A program made the position numbers and the translations under genes. The notes below the pieces were generated by a model. The model saw only the letters and a list, made by a program, of their open reading frames with translations. It had not been told where the DNA came from and ran no database searches. Below are positions 15,170 through 28,015 of a DNA stretch of 64,000 nt, piece after piece. The stretch is from Octopus sinensis (Eukaryota). The DNA is taken from NCBI RefSeq assembly GCF_006345805.1, contig NC_042998.1, forward strand, positions 142,352,001 through 142,416,000, read 5' to 3'. Positions within the stretch are counted from its first letter, which is position 1; each line of letters begins with the position of its first letter.

Positions 15170-15555
15170 GACGCGCTGTTACAATGCATGCCCCCCACAC
15201 TGCTACTAACCACCCAGGGCTTAACAACTTTCTCCAGAACCACGACGTATTAATTTTAATACGTTGTGGAAATATGTGAGGCGGTATAACATGGCCTTCG
15301 TTACTCTCTACTCCCAAAACCTTCACAATTGCTGGTAACTTAGTGTGCATCACTTTGACGACATCAGATGGATCTGCACATAACCATCTCTCATTTTTCA
15401 TGTTAGCCATTTGGACCTGGTCGAGGATTTTCCCATCAGAGAAGAACCAAAGCACACCATATTCGTGAAAGATTTTATCTTTCTTAAGTGATCATTTGGC
15501 AAGAATCAAGCGGTTTTCTTGTGTCGTGAATTGTCATCCCAGCAGCAGTCGACCA
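15170..15555 (-). pseudogene. DD37D-type Tc1/mariner transposase remnant, central part
   Basis: ENRLILAK..LWFFSDG..NERWLCADPSDVVKVMHTKLPA..VLGVESNEGHVIPPHIFPQ..VLEKVVKPW. Confidence 0.85.
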
Positions 15556-16665
15556 TTCATACATGCATGCACACAGATGTACACGTACATAAGTGATACA
15601 CTTACAGATACCATCAGTATCTCACTCATTATTTCACACTAAGTAGAATTTATTTAAAAGAATAATAATAAATAAATCTATACACAGACATTTAAAAGAA
15701 ATGTTTTGGGGCACATACACACAGGTTTAAGTATACTCATTCATACATCTTTCAATCAACCCATTCATATTCTCAAGCTTATTGACTATGCAAGCATAAA
15801 TAAATGCAGAAAGGGTAGCTAAACTACTATGGCATCCAGAAGGTATATGTTTTCATGATCCTGATCCTTAAATGTTGAAGTCCGTTTAAGTCCTGATATT
15901 TTTCCCAGGTAGAAACTCCCAAAAATATTTCAGGTGGAAATCTTCATAGATCGTACGAGAATTTTCGAGGATATACTCTACGTATACATTTATGAATGAG
16001 TATACTTAAACCTGGGCAGAATATCAAAATATTAAGAATTTTATGCAAAATTTGTTCAGTTGTATCTCCAGAAATTTTTACCAAATCTATGCTGACATCT
16101 CATAAGTTCAAAGTGTTTCTTAATTAATTTTTCCTTAGGTAACAGAATGCACATTGTCTCTTCTACTTGACTTCTAAATAGATAAAATCTAAGATGCTTA
16201 ATGTCTAGATATCTGTCTACCTAACTATTCAACGAAATATCTCTGAAAGAATCATAAAACTTTGACATCTATTTAATGAAATAAACCACTATAAAATCAT
16301 GTTCTTGATATCGGCGCGGTAATTCATTATCAGGCCCGAACAAAAAGAAATACTTTTCTTGTCTAATTATATTCTCGCCACAAATTTGTTTGTATTATAT
16401 AAATGCATTCATGCAAACAAACCCATATTCAGGGTACTTTAAGTGAATTTCAGGAGATTAGATTGGACCAAATTCTGAAGAATCTTATTCAACGTGTGTT
16501 GACGTGAATGACACAAGGAAAGTAAATAGTAGTTGTATGCATTATTCTGTAACGTTGCAAGATTGACTATTTAAAGTAAGATGAAACATTTGTATATTGA
16601 AGTAGTAACATGATTTGCTTACTCCATTCTTCTTATTTGTCAGTGTGTGTGTGCGCGAACACGTG

Positions 16666-16762
<97 letters not shown>

Positions 16763-16929
16763 GGATGGATGGATGGATATACACGGTGAGTGGAATTTGG
16801 TAGACAAAAGGTATTTGGAAATTGGTTTTATGTGCCTATGTGTGTGTATGTGTATATATATATATGTATGTATGTATGTATACACACACATACACACGCA
16901 CACGCGAACATACACATACACACACATAC

Positions 16930-17005
<76 letters not shown>

Positions 17006-17550
17006 CCAATCTACAAACAGCTTCGCTTATGTCCCATAATGTAACGGTTCGCCAAATTATTATCGATAAAATAAGTAACGGAATGGAATAACTAGTGGTA
17101 ATTCTTTCATTAATAGATGTTTGTCGAATAGAAGATTGACTCCTCCTCGGCTTTATTGGTCTTCAATAGTAATTAGGTAGCACGTGGTTTGTGAAATACA
17201 ACATGCACAATTCAAACAGTAAAAATATACATGTTTGATTATACGATATAGATAAACAGATTAATGTGCATAATTGTTGTCAAACTGTACATGTATATTT
17301 TCTTGTTTTACAAATAATTTGTGTTGTAGAAATTGTTGGTATATATTTTTTGCTTATACGGTCAATGTACACAAACAGATAACGATAACGTACGTGTTTT
17401 TAAGTGGGTGGAAATAGCAATCGACAAATGATATCTCGTTTAATTTAATGTAATTGAAAACATCTGGTTTTGTTCTATCGAAACAATACCAAAGGAGAGC
17501 TAATCACTTGCTAACAAAGACAGACAGGCATACAGTCAGGCAAACAACTG

Positions 17551-17697
<147 letters not shown>

Positions 17698-17949
17698 GGA
17701 CAGACCATTTCTTCAAGGTTGCCAAACGATAATCGTTAGAAAAAGAAATAGAAAATAGTTTAACTTCTACTTAAATAACCAGATTATAGGTCTCTCATTG
17801 ACTCAAACACACGCGACAAAACAGTGAAATATTACATCACCTGAAATGAACTCCCTACAAATTCTTTAGTATGAATATGTGAGTGTATGTTGCTATTGGA
17901 TTTATTTATATTTTTCTTTAGCAGATTTCAGAAGTCAGTCACTGACAAA

Positions 17950-18330
17950 ATAACTTGGCTCTTTTGTTTAAATCAAGGTGTTCCTGTGTCATCAGAAGCT
18001 TGCTTCCCAACCATATGGTTTCGGGTTCAACCCCACTGCGAGGCAACTGTTTTCTTCTTGTGAGTGTATTAGGTAGACGAAAACTGAAGAAGCCCGTCGG
18101 AAATATATATGCGTGTGTCTTTGTGTTTATGTTTGCCCCCACCCCTATCACCGCTTGATAACTGGTGTTGGCCTTTATGTCCATGTAACTTAGCGCTTCG
18201 GCCAAAGGCTCCGAAAGAATAAGTACTAAGCTTTAAGAAAAGCCTGGGGTCGACTCGTTCGACTAAAAATCCTTCAAGGCGGTGCTCCAGCATGGCTACA
18301 GTCAACTGACTGAAACAGGTAAAAGATATC
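17950..18330 (+). mobile_element. SINE family B
   Basis: ccatatggtttcgggttcaaccccactgcg..gacgaaaactgaagaagcccgtcg..gcggtgctccagcatggctacagtcaactgactgaaacaggtaaaaga. Confidence 0.75.
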
Positions 18331-18494
18331 TCTTGGTGGTAGTAGAGTGGATATGTCAATTTGCTGATGTATGCACTTATGCGTGTATTGTGCACGTATG
18401 CACATATGTGTGTATTGTGACTATCTGCGAATGTATGCATATGTTAACTCAAATAGATCCCTGAAATGTTTTACAAATTCATACTGTGCTCCTA

Positions 18495-18900
18495 ATTGAC
18501 TACATCTGGAGAATGTGAATTAGTATGCTCTGTTGTCGATTTTGTAGGGGAAAATTCTAGCATTTCTAGATTTTTATGCATATATGTTGCTACGTAGCCC
18601 AGTGCACCTACGATTACAATAACAAGTGAAAATATGTAGCCTACTTGTAAGAGCTGTTCGTTTTTCATTAGTTCTCCGTAAATGTCCCCTTTTTCCCTAA
18701 TTTTCGACAGGACATTCACAATAGAGCATGACTGATTGCTCCCTCTCCCAACAAAAATATCTGGCCTGTTATATTTACATCGGCTTATTGTTTTTATTGG
18801 AATGTTCCACCAGAAAACCACTAATTTCCAACGGACTCTGCATGAATGAAAAACACTTAAAATGGCGGGTAAATGAAATGGACGCTTAGTGTCTAACCGT
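18495..18900 (-). pseudogene. Restriction-like endonuclease (REL) domain of a non-LTR retrotransposon, R4/Dong-like
   Basis: FWWNIPIKT..CKYNRPDIFV..EKGDIYGEL..VIVIVGALGYV: PD-(D/E)xK RPD motif plus the terminal IVGALG motif. Confidence 0.75.
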
Positions 18901-19533
18901 TCATTTGGCACTATATCGGGAAAACCGCAGTATTTTGCCTGTCAACAGTGTGTTAAATATAATACATAGATGGTTACTTCGTTTAATGCTGCTTCAGTTG
19001 CCATCTCCGGGTTTCTATTCAACCCGGCGGCTAAACGCAACATCAATGAACGTATTATTCAGTTTTCTATAAATCAGGGGCGACAAATTTCATCGAAATA
19101 TGTGGCTGCGAGTACACAAAAGCCACCAAAGACCCCAATAGGCCAAAATGAATCTGGTATTCTCACTCTCACTGGTCACTGCCGGAACGATTTTCACTTC
19201 GTTCAATATATAATGTTTTTAAACTCAGTACGTCCATAGAGTTTAACAAGGACGAAAACCGCATACTTTGCTTATCAATAGTGTATATCCCTTAAGTATG
19301 ATACATGGATGGCTATTTCAATTTAATGTTGCTTTAATGTATTTATGTATGTATGTATGTATGTATGTATGTATGTATGTATGTATGTATGTATGTATGT
19401 ATGTTTGCATGCATGCATGTATATATGTATGTACGTATGTATGTATGTATGTATGTATGTATGTATGTATGCATGCATGCATGCATGTATGTATGTATGT
19501 ATGTATGTATGTATGTATGTATGTATGTATGTG

Positions 19534-19565
<32 letters not shown>

Positions 19566-19670
19566 GGTGACCGGTAAATTCCACCGCGGTAAATTCCACC
19601 ACGGAAAATTCTATTAGGTAAATTTCACCATAGTATATTCCACCATGGTAAATTTCACCATTGGTGAAAT
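19566..19670. repeat. 15-bp tandem array, consensus GGTAAATTYCACCRY, about 6 units
   Basis: ggtaaattccaccgc ggtaaattccaccac ggaaaattctatta ggtaaatttcaccat agtatattccaccat ggtaaatttcaccat. Confidence 0.85.
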
Positions 19671-19799
19671 TATCATTATTACTATCATTATCATCATTAT
19701 TATTATTTTTATATTATATGGGTTATGTTATTAGATATTATGGAAATAAAAAAAGAATGCATATAAAATAATATCAATAATGTCAATGAATACAAAAAA

Positions 19800-20430
19800 T
19801 ACGAAGGAGAAAAAATAGTTAAGAAGCAAACACACAAAGAAATACACTGTGGGTACTCTAAACACCTGAATGAGGAAGCAGTATCAAAAAGAGATTCATT
19901 GAAATTTATAAAACAAAGCAATTACTCAATGATAGATAAAAATATTATACAGTATTTACAAGAGAGAAACAACTACTATGGAAGAAAAATAGCATGCAGA
20001 TATTGTAAAAAAAAAAAAGGAAACATCGAACATACGGGAAAATGGGGAAAAACAGCATACACGAAATATAAAGAGAGACACGATGAAATAACCAAAATAA
20101 TCTTTGCGAACTTACTACAGCAATATAACATTTAAAAAAAAAAACAGAAAATCAGAAACGTGCAAATAGAAGGTTAAGTGAAAAGCTTAAGATTTTGGTA
20201 GATTTTGGTAGATAGCCCAACAATAACACCAAACGATATAACAATATTTGACCACGAAAGAAAAGAAACTATAATAACCGAAATTGGAATAACATCGACA
20301 AAAAAAACTGAACAAAGTCGAAATGACAAAAATACAAAAGTATAATAGACTTGTTAAAGAAATTAAACAGATGAAATGATATAAGGTTAAAATAATACCA
20401 TTTATAATGACTTAGGACGGAATAGTCTCA
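19800..20430 (+). pseudogene. Second REL-type non-LTR retrotransposon remnant (zinc knuckle plus endonuclease)
   Basis: CRYCKKKKGNIEH..YKERHDEITKII; DITIFDHERKETIITEIGIT; KYNRLVKEIKQM..KVKIIPFIMT*DGIVSK; many frameshifts; very A-rich. Confidence 0.65.
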
Positions 20431-20464
20431 AAGAGGAAAAAGAAAAACGAAATATACATTTGGT

Positions 20465-21228
20465 GCAGTCAACAGGAACAGTACCTAAGATGGGATCAAA
20501 TCCTTCCTGATCAAATCCACCTTCGTCGTTTTGCCGCCACCGCCAACTTAGTCCGGTGGAACATACAAACGGCTGATGAATATAAGTGCGGAAAGAAAGC
20601 TACGATGAGACATGTCCTGTCAAACTGTAGGCTGGCACTGGACAGATATACATGGCGTCACAACCAAGTCCTCAGTGCTATAAGCACAGCACTCAAGGAG
20701 AAGATCGAAGAGTACAAGAGGGAAGAGGAGCCGAAAGTGGAAAAGCGCGGAATGATATACCTCCAGAAGGAGGGAAAATGACATAAGGCCAGGTTCAGAA
20801 AAGTATACGAGACAGACGAAAGATGGAAAGGATACTGGGAGCTGGCCGCGGATTTGGAAAAGCAAGTAATATTCCCACTCATAATAACAACAAAGAGACA
20901 GGATTTAATCTTTTGGAATACAAAACGGAAAATTGGAATTTTGATAGAACTGACAGTGCTGTGGGGAGAGAACATCGCTAATGCAGAGCGACGGAAGGAG
21001 AGGAAGTATAAGAGATTAATAGAAGAGTGCGGGGAACAGGGCTGGGCTATCGAGTGTTACCACTTGGCAGTGGGGGCAAGAGGCTTCATTGAAAGGAAAA
21101 TGGCGACGCTATTTAAAAGAAGATTTGGATTCTCGAACGCGGAGCTGAGAAAATTAATAAGGATACGGGAGGCAATCGAAAAGGCTAGCTTCTATATATG
21201 CCAACTGAGAAATAGCGTCGCCAGGTGA
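20465..21228 (+). pseudogene. HERO-like REL non-LTR retrotransposon, 3' part
   Basis: SFLIKST..NLVRW; CGKKATMRHVLSNCRLALDRYTWRHNQVL; DLEKQVIFP..RQDLIFWN..IELTVLWGE..ERKERKY..ECGEQGW..VGARGF. Confidence 0.85.
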
Positions 21229-21630
21229 GGCTGGTTGACACTTAAATAGCGTTGCTACTTAACAGGTCAGCCGAGGGAACACATCTTGTTCATTGCGTGC
21301 CTCCCTCCCCGATGGTTCAAAGGTTTGACAGCTAGTCGGCTTTGGCTGAGGGAGTTGGAATTCAAGCAACTCTAATGGAAGGTAGGCCTAGAGAGAACAC
21401 GGGCCAAAATTATGCGCGCTTCTCTTCTTTTGGTGAGTTGAAGCTTAAGTTGTGTCACGTAGCGCCTACCGGCGAGTATTTAAACAGGAAATCTGAGAGT
21501 TGTCAGTCGCCTGCTGACAGTCGTGGACGCTGCACCGAAAAATCGAAAAATAAAAGGAAAAAGAAAACGAGACGCACTCAATACCAGAGCTGAAGACACC
21601 TCCGAGGAATTAACTCTGACTCCCTCGACT

Positions 21631-22950
21631 ATGGCTGCCAAATTTATCATATCCGAGAACAGACGAAAGAGAATTATATATATGAAAAGCATGGAAACAA
21701 CAATAGAAAAACCAAGACATATCGGCGTTGTGAGCAGTTTTATAAAGGTTGCCGAGCTAGACTGCCTACAACTTACAAAAGCAGTGAATCAGACGTAAAT
21801 TTTTCATCGGGCTCCCATAATCACTCTGCAAGCAGTGCACAAGTTAATGCCCGAAAAGCAGTTGACTCAATGAAGTAATGAAAATGGGCACAGTATATTC
21901 ACGGGAAGTAATTGCTACTGATGTACAAAATCTCGATAAGAAAACAAAATCACAGTTCAAACCATCCTTGAATTTTCACGTAACATACGTAATTGGAGGT
22001 AGCGTGCTTTAGGGATTCCAGCACTTCCAGCTTGTAGGTCAGAGTTTGAAATTCCTGATACAGTTAAGTATTTAGAAGATGGGTCCCTGTTTTTGATCTT
22101 TGACAGTGGCATTGATGACCCAGACAGAATTTTAGCTTTTTTTTCCTCAAAAAAAGGGTTGGATGATCTAGAAAGCTCTAACAACTGTGGGCCTGTGATA
22201 GAACCTCCAAGATATTTCCTAGTTTGTGGAGTCAGTTAGTGACACTACATATCACCACTGGAAGTTCGTGCGTGCCCCGACTATTTACCTTACATCCTGA
22301 CAAAAAAGAAACCTCATAGCATTGTCTTCTGTCTTCTTTGCGTGATTTAAGACCAAATTGGCGACCTGTAACCTGTCTCATGGTCTTTGAAAAAGCTCTC
22401 CATAATGCATTTGTTTCTCTATTTCTGTATTCAGAAGTAGTTGGGTGTGTTTTTCTCCTCGGACAGTCTTGTTGGCGAAAGATATGTGTACTTGGTGAGA
22501 GTATGAGATACAACACAGATGAAAGTTTGCAGCTTAAAATTAAGTGCTTTTGTGTTTTAGTATTTTTGCCAATTGAAGACGTTGTCAATGTATTTGAAGA
22601 TTTGTCTGACGATGAAGACATCTCTTCTGACCTATTTTGAGATTACATACATTGGGATTGTAAGGTGGCGTGGACCTCGTCGGCGAAGAGAAACCCCACA
22701 TTTTCCTATAGAACTCTGGAATGAACGTTATCGCGTCTTAAAGGACTTGCCAAGATCAAATAATTCTTTAGAAAGGTTCCATAATGCTTTGCACTCATCA
22801 CTAACATCCACACATCCATATTTGTAGAAACTATGCACCACCCTTAAAGCCGAGGAAGGATTAAAACAGACAAAAATTGCACACATTCGACGTGGGGACT
22901 CAACAACAACAAAAAACCTATCAAATTTTTGAAGCACAACTGAAGAAGGT
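21631..22950 (+). pseudogene. Mutator-like (MULE) transposase with N-terminal FLYWCH-type zinc finger, decayed
   Basis: YEKH..RRCEQFYKGCRARL..HNH; FDSG..DRIL; FEKALHNAF; GCVFLLGQSCWRKI; LVFLPIEDV; YFEITYIG; WN..PRSNNSLERFHNAL; multiple frameshifts. Confidence 0.85.
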
Positions 22951-23207
22951 AGTTCAGGAATATGAAAACTCTCTGCAATTTTAAAGATTTTTTAAGATAA
23001 ATTAAACTTTCTTATCCTAAAACTACTTCTCAATGTACTCGCTAGAAAACCTAATGTGTGAAATGAGGTGTAATACAAAAAATACTATGGATCCCTTGCT
23101 CCAGCCTCAGCTATGAATTTCAAACCTAACGCATGAAGGCAGCGTACCTACTGGTTCAGATCATCAGTGAACTAAACCCCTCATAATATCTCTCTCGCTC
23201 TCTCTTC

Positions 23208-23262
<55 letters not shown>

Positions 23263-23292
23263 CTTTATATAGGATATTATATATATATATAT

Positions 23293-23331
<39 letters not shown>

Positions 23332-23336
<5 letters not shown>

Positions 23337-23700
23337 ATATTCGGAATGGTCATTTTTCCAGTTTAGCCAATAAAAACACACGCACTATATATTTTGCTTC
23401 AGTGTTATTTATTTTTTACATTAATCTTAATCTTATTTCGGTCAGAGTTCTTTCGTCACACTCCTGTGACCGCATCAGTGGTCTTTGTTTTCTTTCTTCT
23501 TTCTTTTATTGTCTCTCCTTACTAACCGTCAGCCATTTTGTATTTCTATTGATTCTTTCGTTCTCTTCCGACTACCGTCAGCCATTTTGTATTTCTATTG
23601 TATGCCTTCATTTGCGCATGCTTATATCTCTATGTGCGTTTATGTTTATTTAGTGTGTGTATGTGGGGGGATGCCTGTAATATTTGTATCTTCTGTTTAT
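23332..23700. repeat. Dispersed repeat family D, copy 1
   Basis: Highly similar reverse complement of 25500-25830; internal tandem duplication of accgtcagccattttgtatttctattg; diverged relatives at about 53000-53200 and 54470-54580. Confidence 0.8.
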
Positions 23701-23909
23701 ATATGTTCATGTCAGGTCACAAGTGCTGTTACAGTCATCGATCCTGCTGAGGAGATCTTCTGTGCTGTCACAAACATCAGGTGACATCCGGATTATAGGG
23801 CGTATGATCATTGAGAGGAAGTAGGAGATTCTGTAATTGCTAGCGATATTCGCTCCACAGACATAATAAATACACAGATAAATAAACTAAAAGAAATAAA
23901 TAACTATAT

Positions 23910-24016
<107 letters not shown>

Positions 24017-24024
24017 GTATGTAT

Positions 24025-25235
24025 AAGGGTGAAAAGGACACCGAGTTGATATATATGAAAAAAACAGTCAAAAATAGAAAATGCTAAAATAATTTTATAG
24101 TGAACATTTCATTACCGGTTTCGGTCATTTTGAGACCTTTTCAACTGTAACGATTAAATAATTAAATTTAGAAAAATTAGAAGAAAAGTTCTTTTAAAAG
24201 AATATTTCTATAGTAGTGTTCAGATTTAAGTGGCATTCTGCCTTCTCTGACTCCCTTTTTTGCACTTGTGTGTTCGAGGTAGTTGTGAGTTCTTGGTAGG
24301 GTAGTAGAGGAAGAAGGCTGGCGAGGAAGGGGGGTGGGAGAATCTGGGAGTGCCCTGATGGTCGTATTTTGAATGGTCAGTGGCGGCTGGCAGTCTCAGT
24401 TCAATTCAGGAGAATATTTTATTGACAGGCTTGTTTTATAGAATTAGCGTAGTGTTATACTAAAAAACATTAGTGACAAAGTTAAGGGGTAGGGTGTGGA
24501 GAAGTAGAAGAAGAAAAGAGGAAGAAGAAGAAGAAGAAGGAGAAGGAGAAGATGACGATGATGGTGATGGTGGTGATGATTATGACGACGATGATGATGA
24601 TATATGATGAAGAAGAGAAGAAGAAGAAAAGAAGAGAAAGGAAGGAGAAGGAGAAGATGGTGGTGATGATGGTGGTGATGATGATGACGACGATGATGAT
24701 GATACTGATGATGATGAAGAAGAAGAGGAAGAAGAAGAAGAAGAAAAAAACAGAGAAGGGAGAATATGAATGGGTTTAAGTATAGCTATGAAGGGGCTGA
24801 TTAGTAATGGATTCTATGGAGTGTAGTATTTGTTGTGTTTATATATATTTTTTTATTTTATTCTAAAGTTGAGGTATATTAATTGTTTGTCGTAGACCCG
24901 TTAAGAAGTGGCTTGTATTTTGTAATAAGACATTTTCTTTACTTATTCGTTGTCTCGAGGTTGTATCGTCCCTAAATTGGTAGAGGGGGAAAATTCTGAA
25001 GTTTGGTGTTTTTTTGTTGGCGCAAGTATCTATGTGTTTGGCTAAAAGCTATTTTTCTGTTTTGGGGAATTTTTATCTGGGATCTGTGCAGGGCCATTCG
25101 TTTACGCAAACCATTTTTTTTTTGGCCTATGTACTGCTCTTGACACCCGGAGCAGGTTAGTGAGTATATTAGGTTCTCCGAAGCACATGTGAAGTTGCTT
25201 TTCACTGTAAACCGTTGTCCCTGTTTGAAGGACAT
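24025..25235 (-). mobile_element. 5'-truncated Penelope-like element: GIY-YIG endonuclease remnant, low-complexity 3' region and pLTR
   Basis: FTCASENLIYSLTCSGCQEQYIGQ..LRKRMALHRSQI (24972-25235), then frameshifted ISKENV..KYKPLLN; (TA)n at both ends; pLTR end also found at 62855-62960. Confidence 0.85.
24110..24147 (-). ncRNA. Hammerhead fold with U3-A8 variant core
   Basis: Minus strand CAG UUGAAAA GGUC-UCAAAAU-GACC GAAA CCGG UA/AUG; same orientation as the GIY-YIG ORF. Confidence 0.65.
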
Positions 25236-25247
25236 ATATAATATATA

Positions 25248-25312
<65 letters not shown>

Positions 25313-25499
25313 GTGTGTATATATATATTTTTTTTTATAGTTTTTTTATTTATATTTTTTTTTCGATTCGATTTATTATGATTATTACTAGTATTGTTGT
25401 TATACATACAAGCATATGTAATGATAATAATAAGTGGATGTAAACACATGAACAAAATAAGAATAACAAAATCAACAAAAACAAAATACAAATTACATG

Positions 25500-25870
25500 T
25501 ATAAACAGAAGATACAAATATTACAGGCATCCCCCCACATACACACACTAAATAAACATAAACGCACAATAGAGATAAAGCATGCGCAAATGAAGACATA
25601 CAATAGAAATACAAAATGGCTGACGGTTAGTAAGGAGAGACACAATAAGATGAAAGAAAACAAGGACCACTGATGCGGTCACAGGAGTGTGACGAAGAAC
25701 TCTGGCCGAAATAAGATTAAGATTAATGTAAAAATAAATAACACTGAAGCAAAATAACACCAAATATATAGTGCGTGTGTTTTTATTGGCTAAACTGGCA
25801 AAATGACCATTCCGAAATATAACAATATCTGTTTCAACACACGACTTCACATAAAAAATCTTGCACAACA
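25500..25870. repeat. Dispersed repeat family D, copy 2 (inverted relative to copy 1)
   Basis: gatgcggtcacaggagtgtgacgaagaactctggccgaaataagattaag..aaatgaccattccgaaatataacaat is the reverse complement of 23332-23700. Confidence 0.8.
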
Positions 25871-25882
25871 AATATTTAAACG

Positions 25883-25914
<32 letters not shown>

Positions 25915-25918
<4 letters not shown>

Positions 25919-26370
25919 GTATGGCTCAGTGTTAAGACTCTTGCTTCCCAGCGACATGGTTCCGGGTTTAGTTCCACTGCGTGGCACCATTGGGCAAGTG
26001 ACTTCTACTACTGCCTCAGGCCTACCAAAGCCATTTGAATGAATTTAGTAGACGAAAACTGAAAGAAGCCTTTCGTATGTGTGTGTATGCGTATGTGTGT
26101 TTGAGTGTGTGTGTGTGATGTGCGTATTTATGTGTGTGCGTATTTGTGTGTGTGTGTGTCTGTGTGTCTGTGTCTTTGTCTGTTTTTATTGCCCCATCCT
26201 CGCTTGACAACTGGTGTTGGTGTGGTTACCTCCCCGTAATATAGCGGTTCGGCAAAAGTGACTGAGAGAATAAGTACCAGGCTTACAACGAATAAGTCCT
26301 GGAGTCGCTCTTTCTCGACTAAAACCCTTTAAAGCGGTGCTCCATCATGGCCACAGTGAAACAGGAGTGA
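25915..26370 (+). mobile_element. SINE family B
   Basis: atggctcagtgttaag..ggttccgggtttagttccactgcgtggcacc..aaactgaaagaagcc..gcggtgctccatcatggcc. Confidence 0.75.
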
Positions 26371-26872
26371 AACATACGCACACATGTATATAAATATACA
26401 TTCATATTTTTACACACACACATATATATTCATATTTTTACAAACAGACACACACAACACGACCCCCCACACACATATATATGCACGTACGTATATACAT
26501 AACTTGGAAGGCACCTATGTCTATATGTATTGATTAAAATTCCTAAATAACTATTCAAAGGACTAAAGAAGTATATTAAATTATTGCATACTCAAACACA
26601 TAATCATACACGGAAGATATGCGCATATAGCTTTATATCATTTCCTATATCTCTCCCCCTCCATATATATATATATTGGAAGGTTTGGAGATGATGTACA
26701 GGTATTTTATATTAGAAGAAATGAGGTACCCAGAAATTCGGATGTTTTTATATTACAGATATTTATATTGTATATTACATGTTTTATACATCATATAACT
26801 TAGATCATGTATTAGCGCTTCTTCTCCATTCTAATGGGGTTTTCAAATCAAACTAAGTTATATATATATATA

Positions 26873-26925
<53 letters not shown>

Positions 26926-27095
26926 CATACATACATACATACACATACATACATACATACATACATACATACATACATCATACGTACGTACGTACGACGT
27001 ACGTATGTATGTATGTATGTATTTATGTATGTATGTATGTATGTATGTATGTTTGTTTGTATGTATGTACTTTCAGAAGAAGAGTAGTGATTATG

Positions 27096-27139
27096 ATTTC
27101 GACGTTTCGGCCTGCTAACCTTCATCAGACTGTCGAAAC
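27096..27139 (-). ncRNA. Hammerhead-like core, Penelope type; stem I imperfect
   Basis: Minus strand GUUUCGACAGU CUGAUGA A GG-UUAGCAGG-CC GAAA CG UC/GAAAU. Confidence 0.45.
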
Positions 27140-27183
27140 TTCGAAGTCAGTGTCACCACTCTTGTAGAAGTATAAAAAATATT

Positions 27184-27283
27184 NNNNNNNNNNNNNNNNN
27201 NNNNNNNNNNNNNNNNNNNNNNNNNNNNNNNNNNNNNNNNNNNNNNNNNNNNNNNNNNNNNNNNNNNNNNNNNNNNNNNNNNN
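27184..27283. other. Assembly gap (100 N)
   Basis: Run of 100 N, followed by (TAGG)n. Confidence 0.99.
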
Positions 27284-27692
27284 TAGGTAGGTAGGTAGGT
27301 AGGTAGGTAGGTAGGTAGGTAGGTAGGTAGGTAGGTAGGTAGGTAGGTAAGTTGGTAGGTAGGTAGGTAGGTAGGTAGGTAGGTAGGTAGGTTGGTAGGT
27401 ACTAGTATGTAGAAAGTTAACCAGGAAGAGTGTGTATAAAGCTGGCTATATACGTATATGGATAGATGGTTGGATGGATGGATTGATGGACGGATGGATG
27501 CATAGATGCATGGATGTGTGTGTGTGAGTGTGTGTGTGTATGTGTGTGGAGAGATATAGATAAAGATATACGAACGTATGAAAAGATATCTATACATAAC
27601 TTGATGTATACATACTCGATTTGCATATGTGTGTATGTACATATATATGTGTGTGTATGTGTGCATGCATGCATGCAGTTTGCATATATATA

Positions 27693-27749
<57 letters not shown>

Positions 27750-27945
27750 GAGTGTATATATATATATACATATGTATGTATACTTATATATATATAATGT
27801 ATATACTATATATATATATATATATATATTATGTATATATAGGTACATATATATAATATATATATACAACACACACATATGCATGTATTTATATATTCCT
27901 ATGTACATATATTTGAACGCATGCATTCCATCACGTACTTATACT

Positions 27946-28015
<70 letters not shown>

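Noticed and set aside
18970-19250. Possible MULE transposase remnant on the minus strand (LVAFVYS.., EAALN)
   Set aside because: Only short, frame-hopping resemblances; too weak to call.
19566-19670. Possible CRISPR-like array
   Set aside because: Units are contiguous 15-mers with no unique spacers, and the context is eukaryotic.
25685-25730. Hammerhead in family D (gtgtgacgaagaactctggccgaaataag)
   Set aside because: Position 3 would be G opposite G8, with no stem II pairing and no stem III/NUH site.
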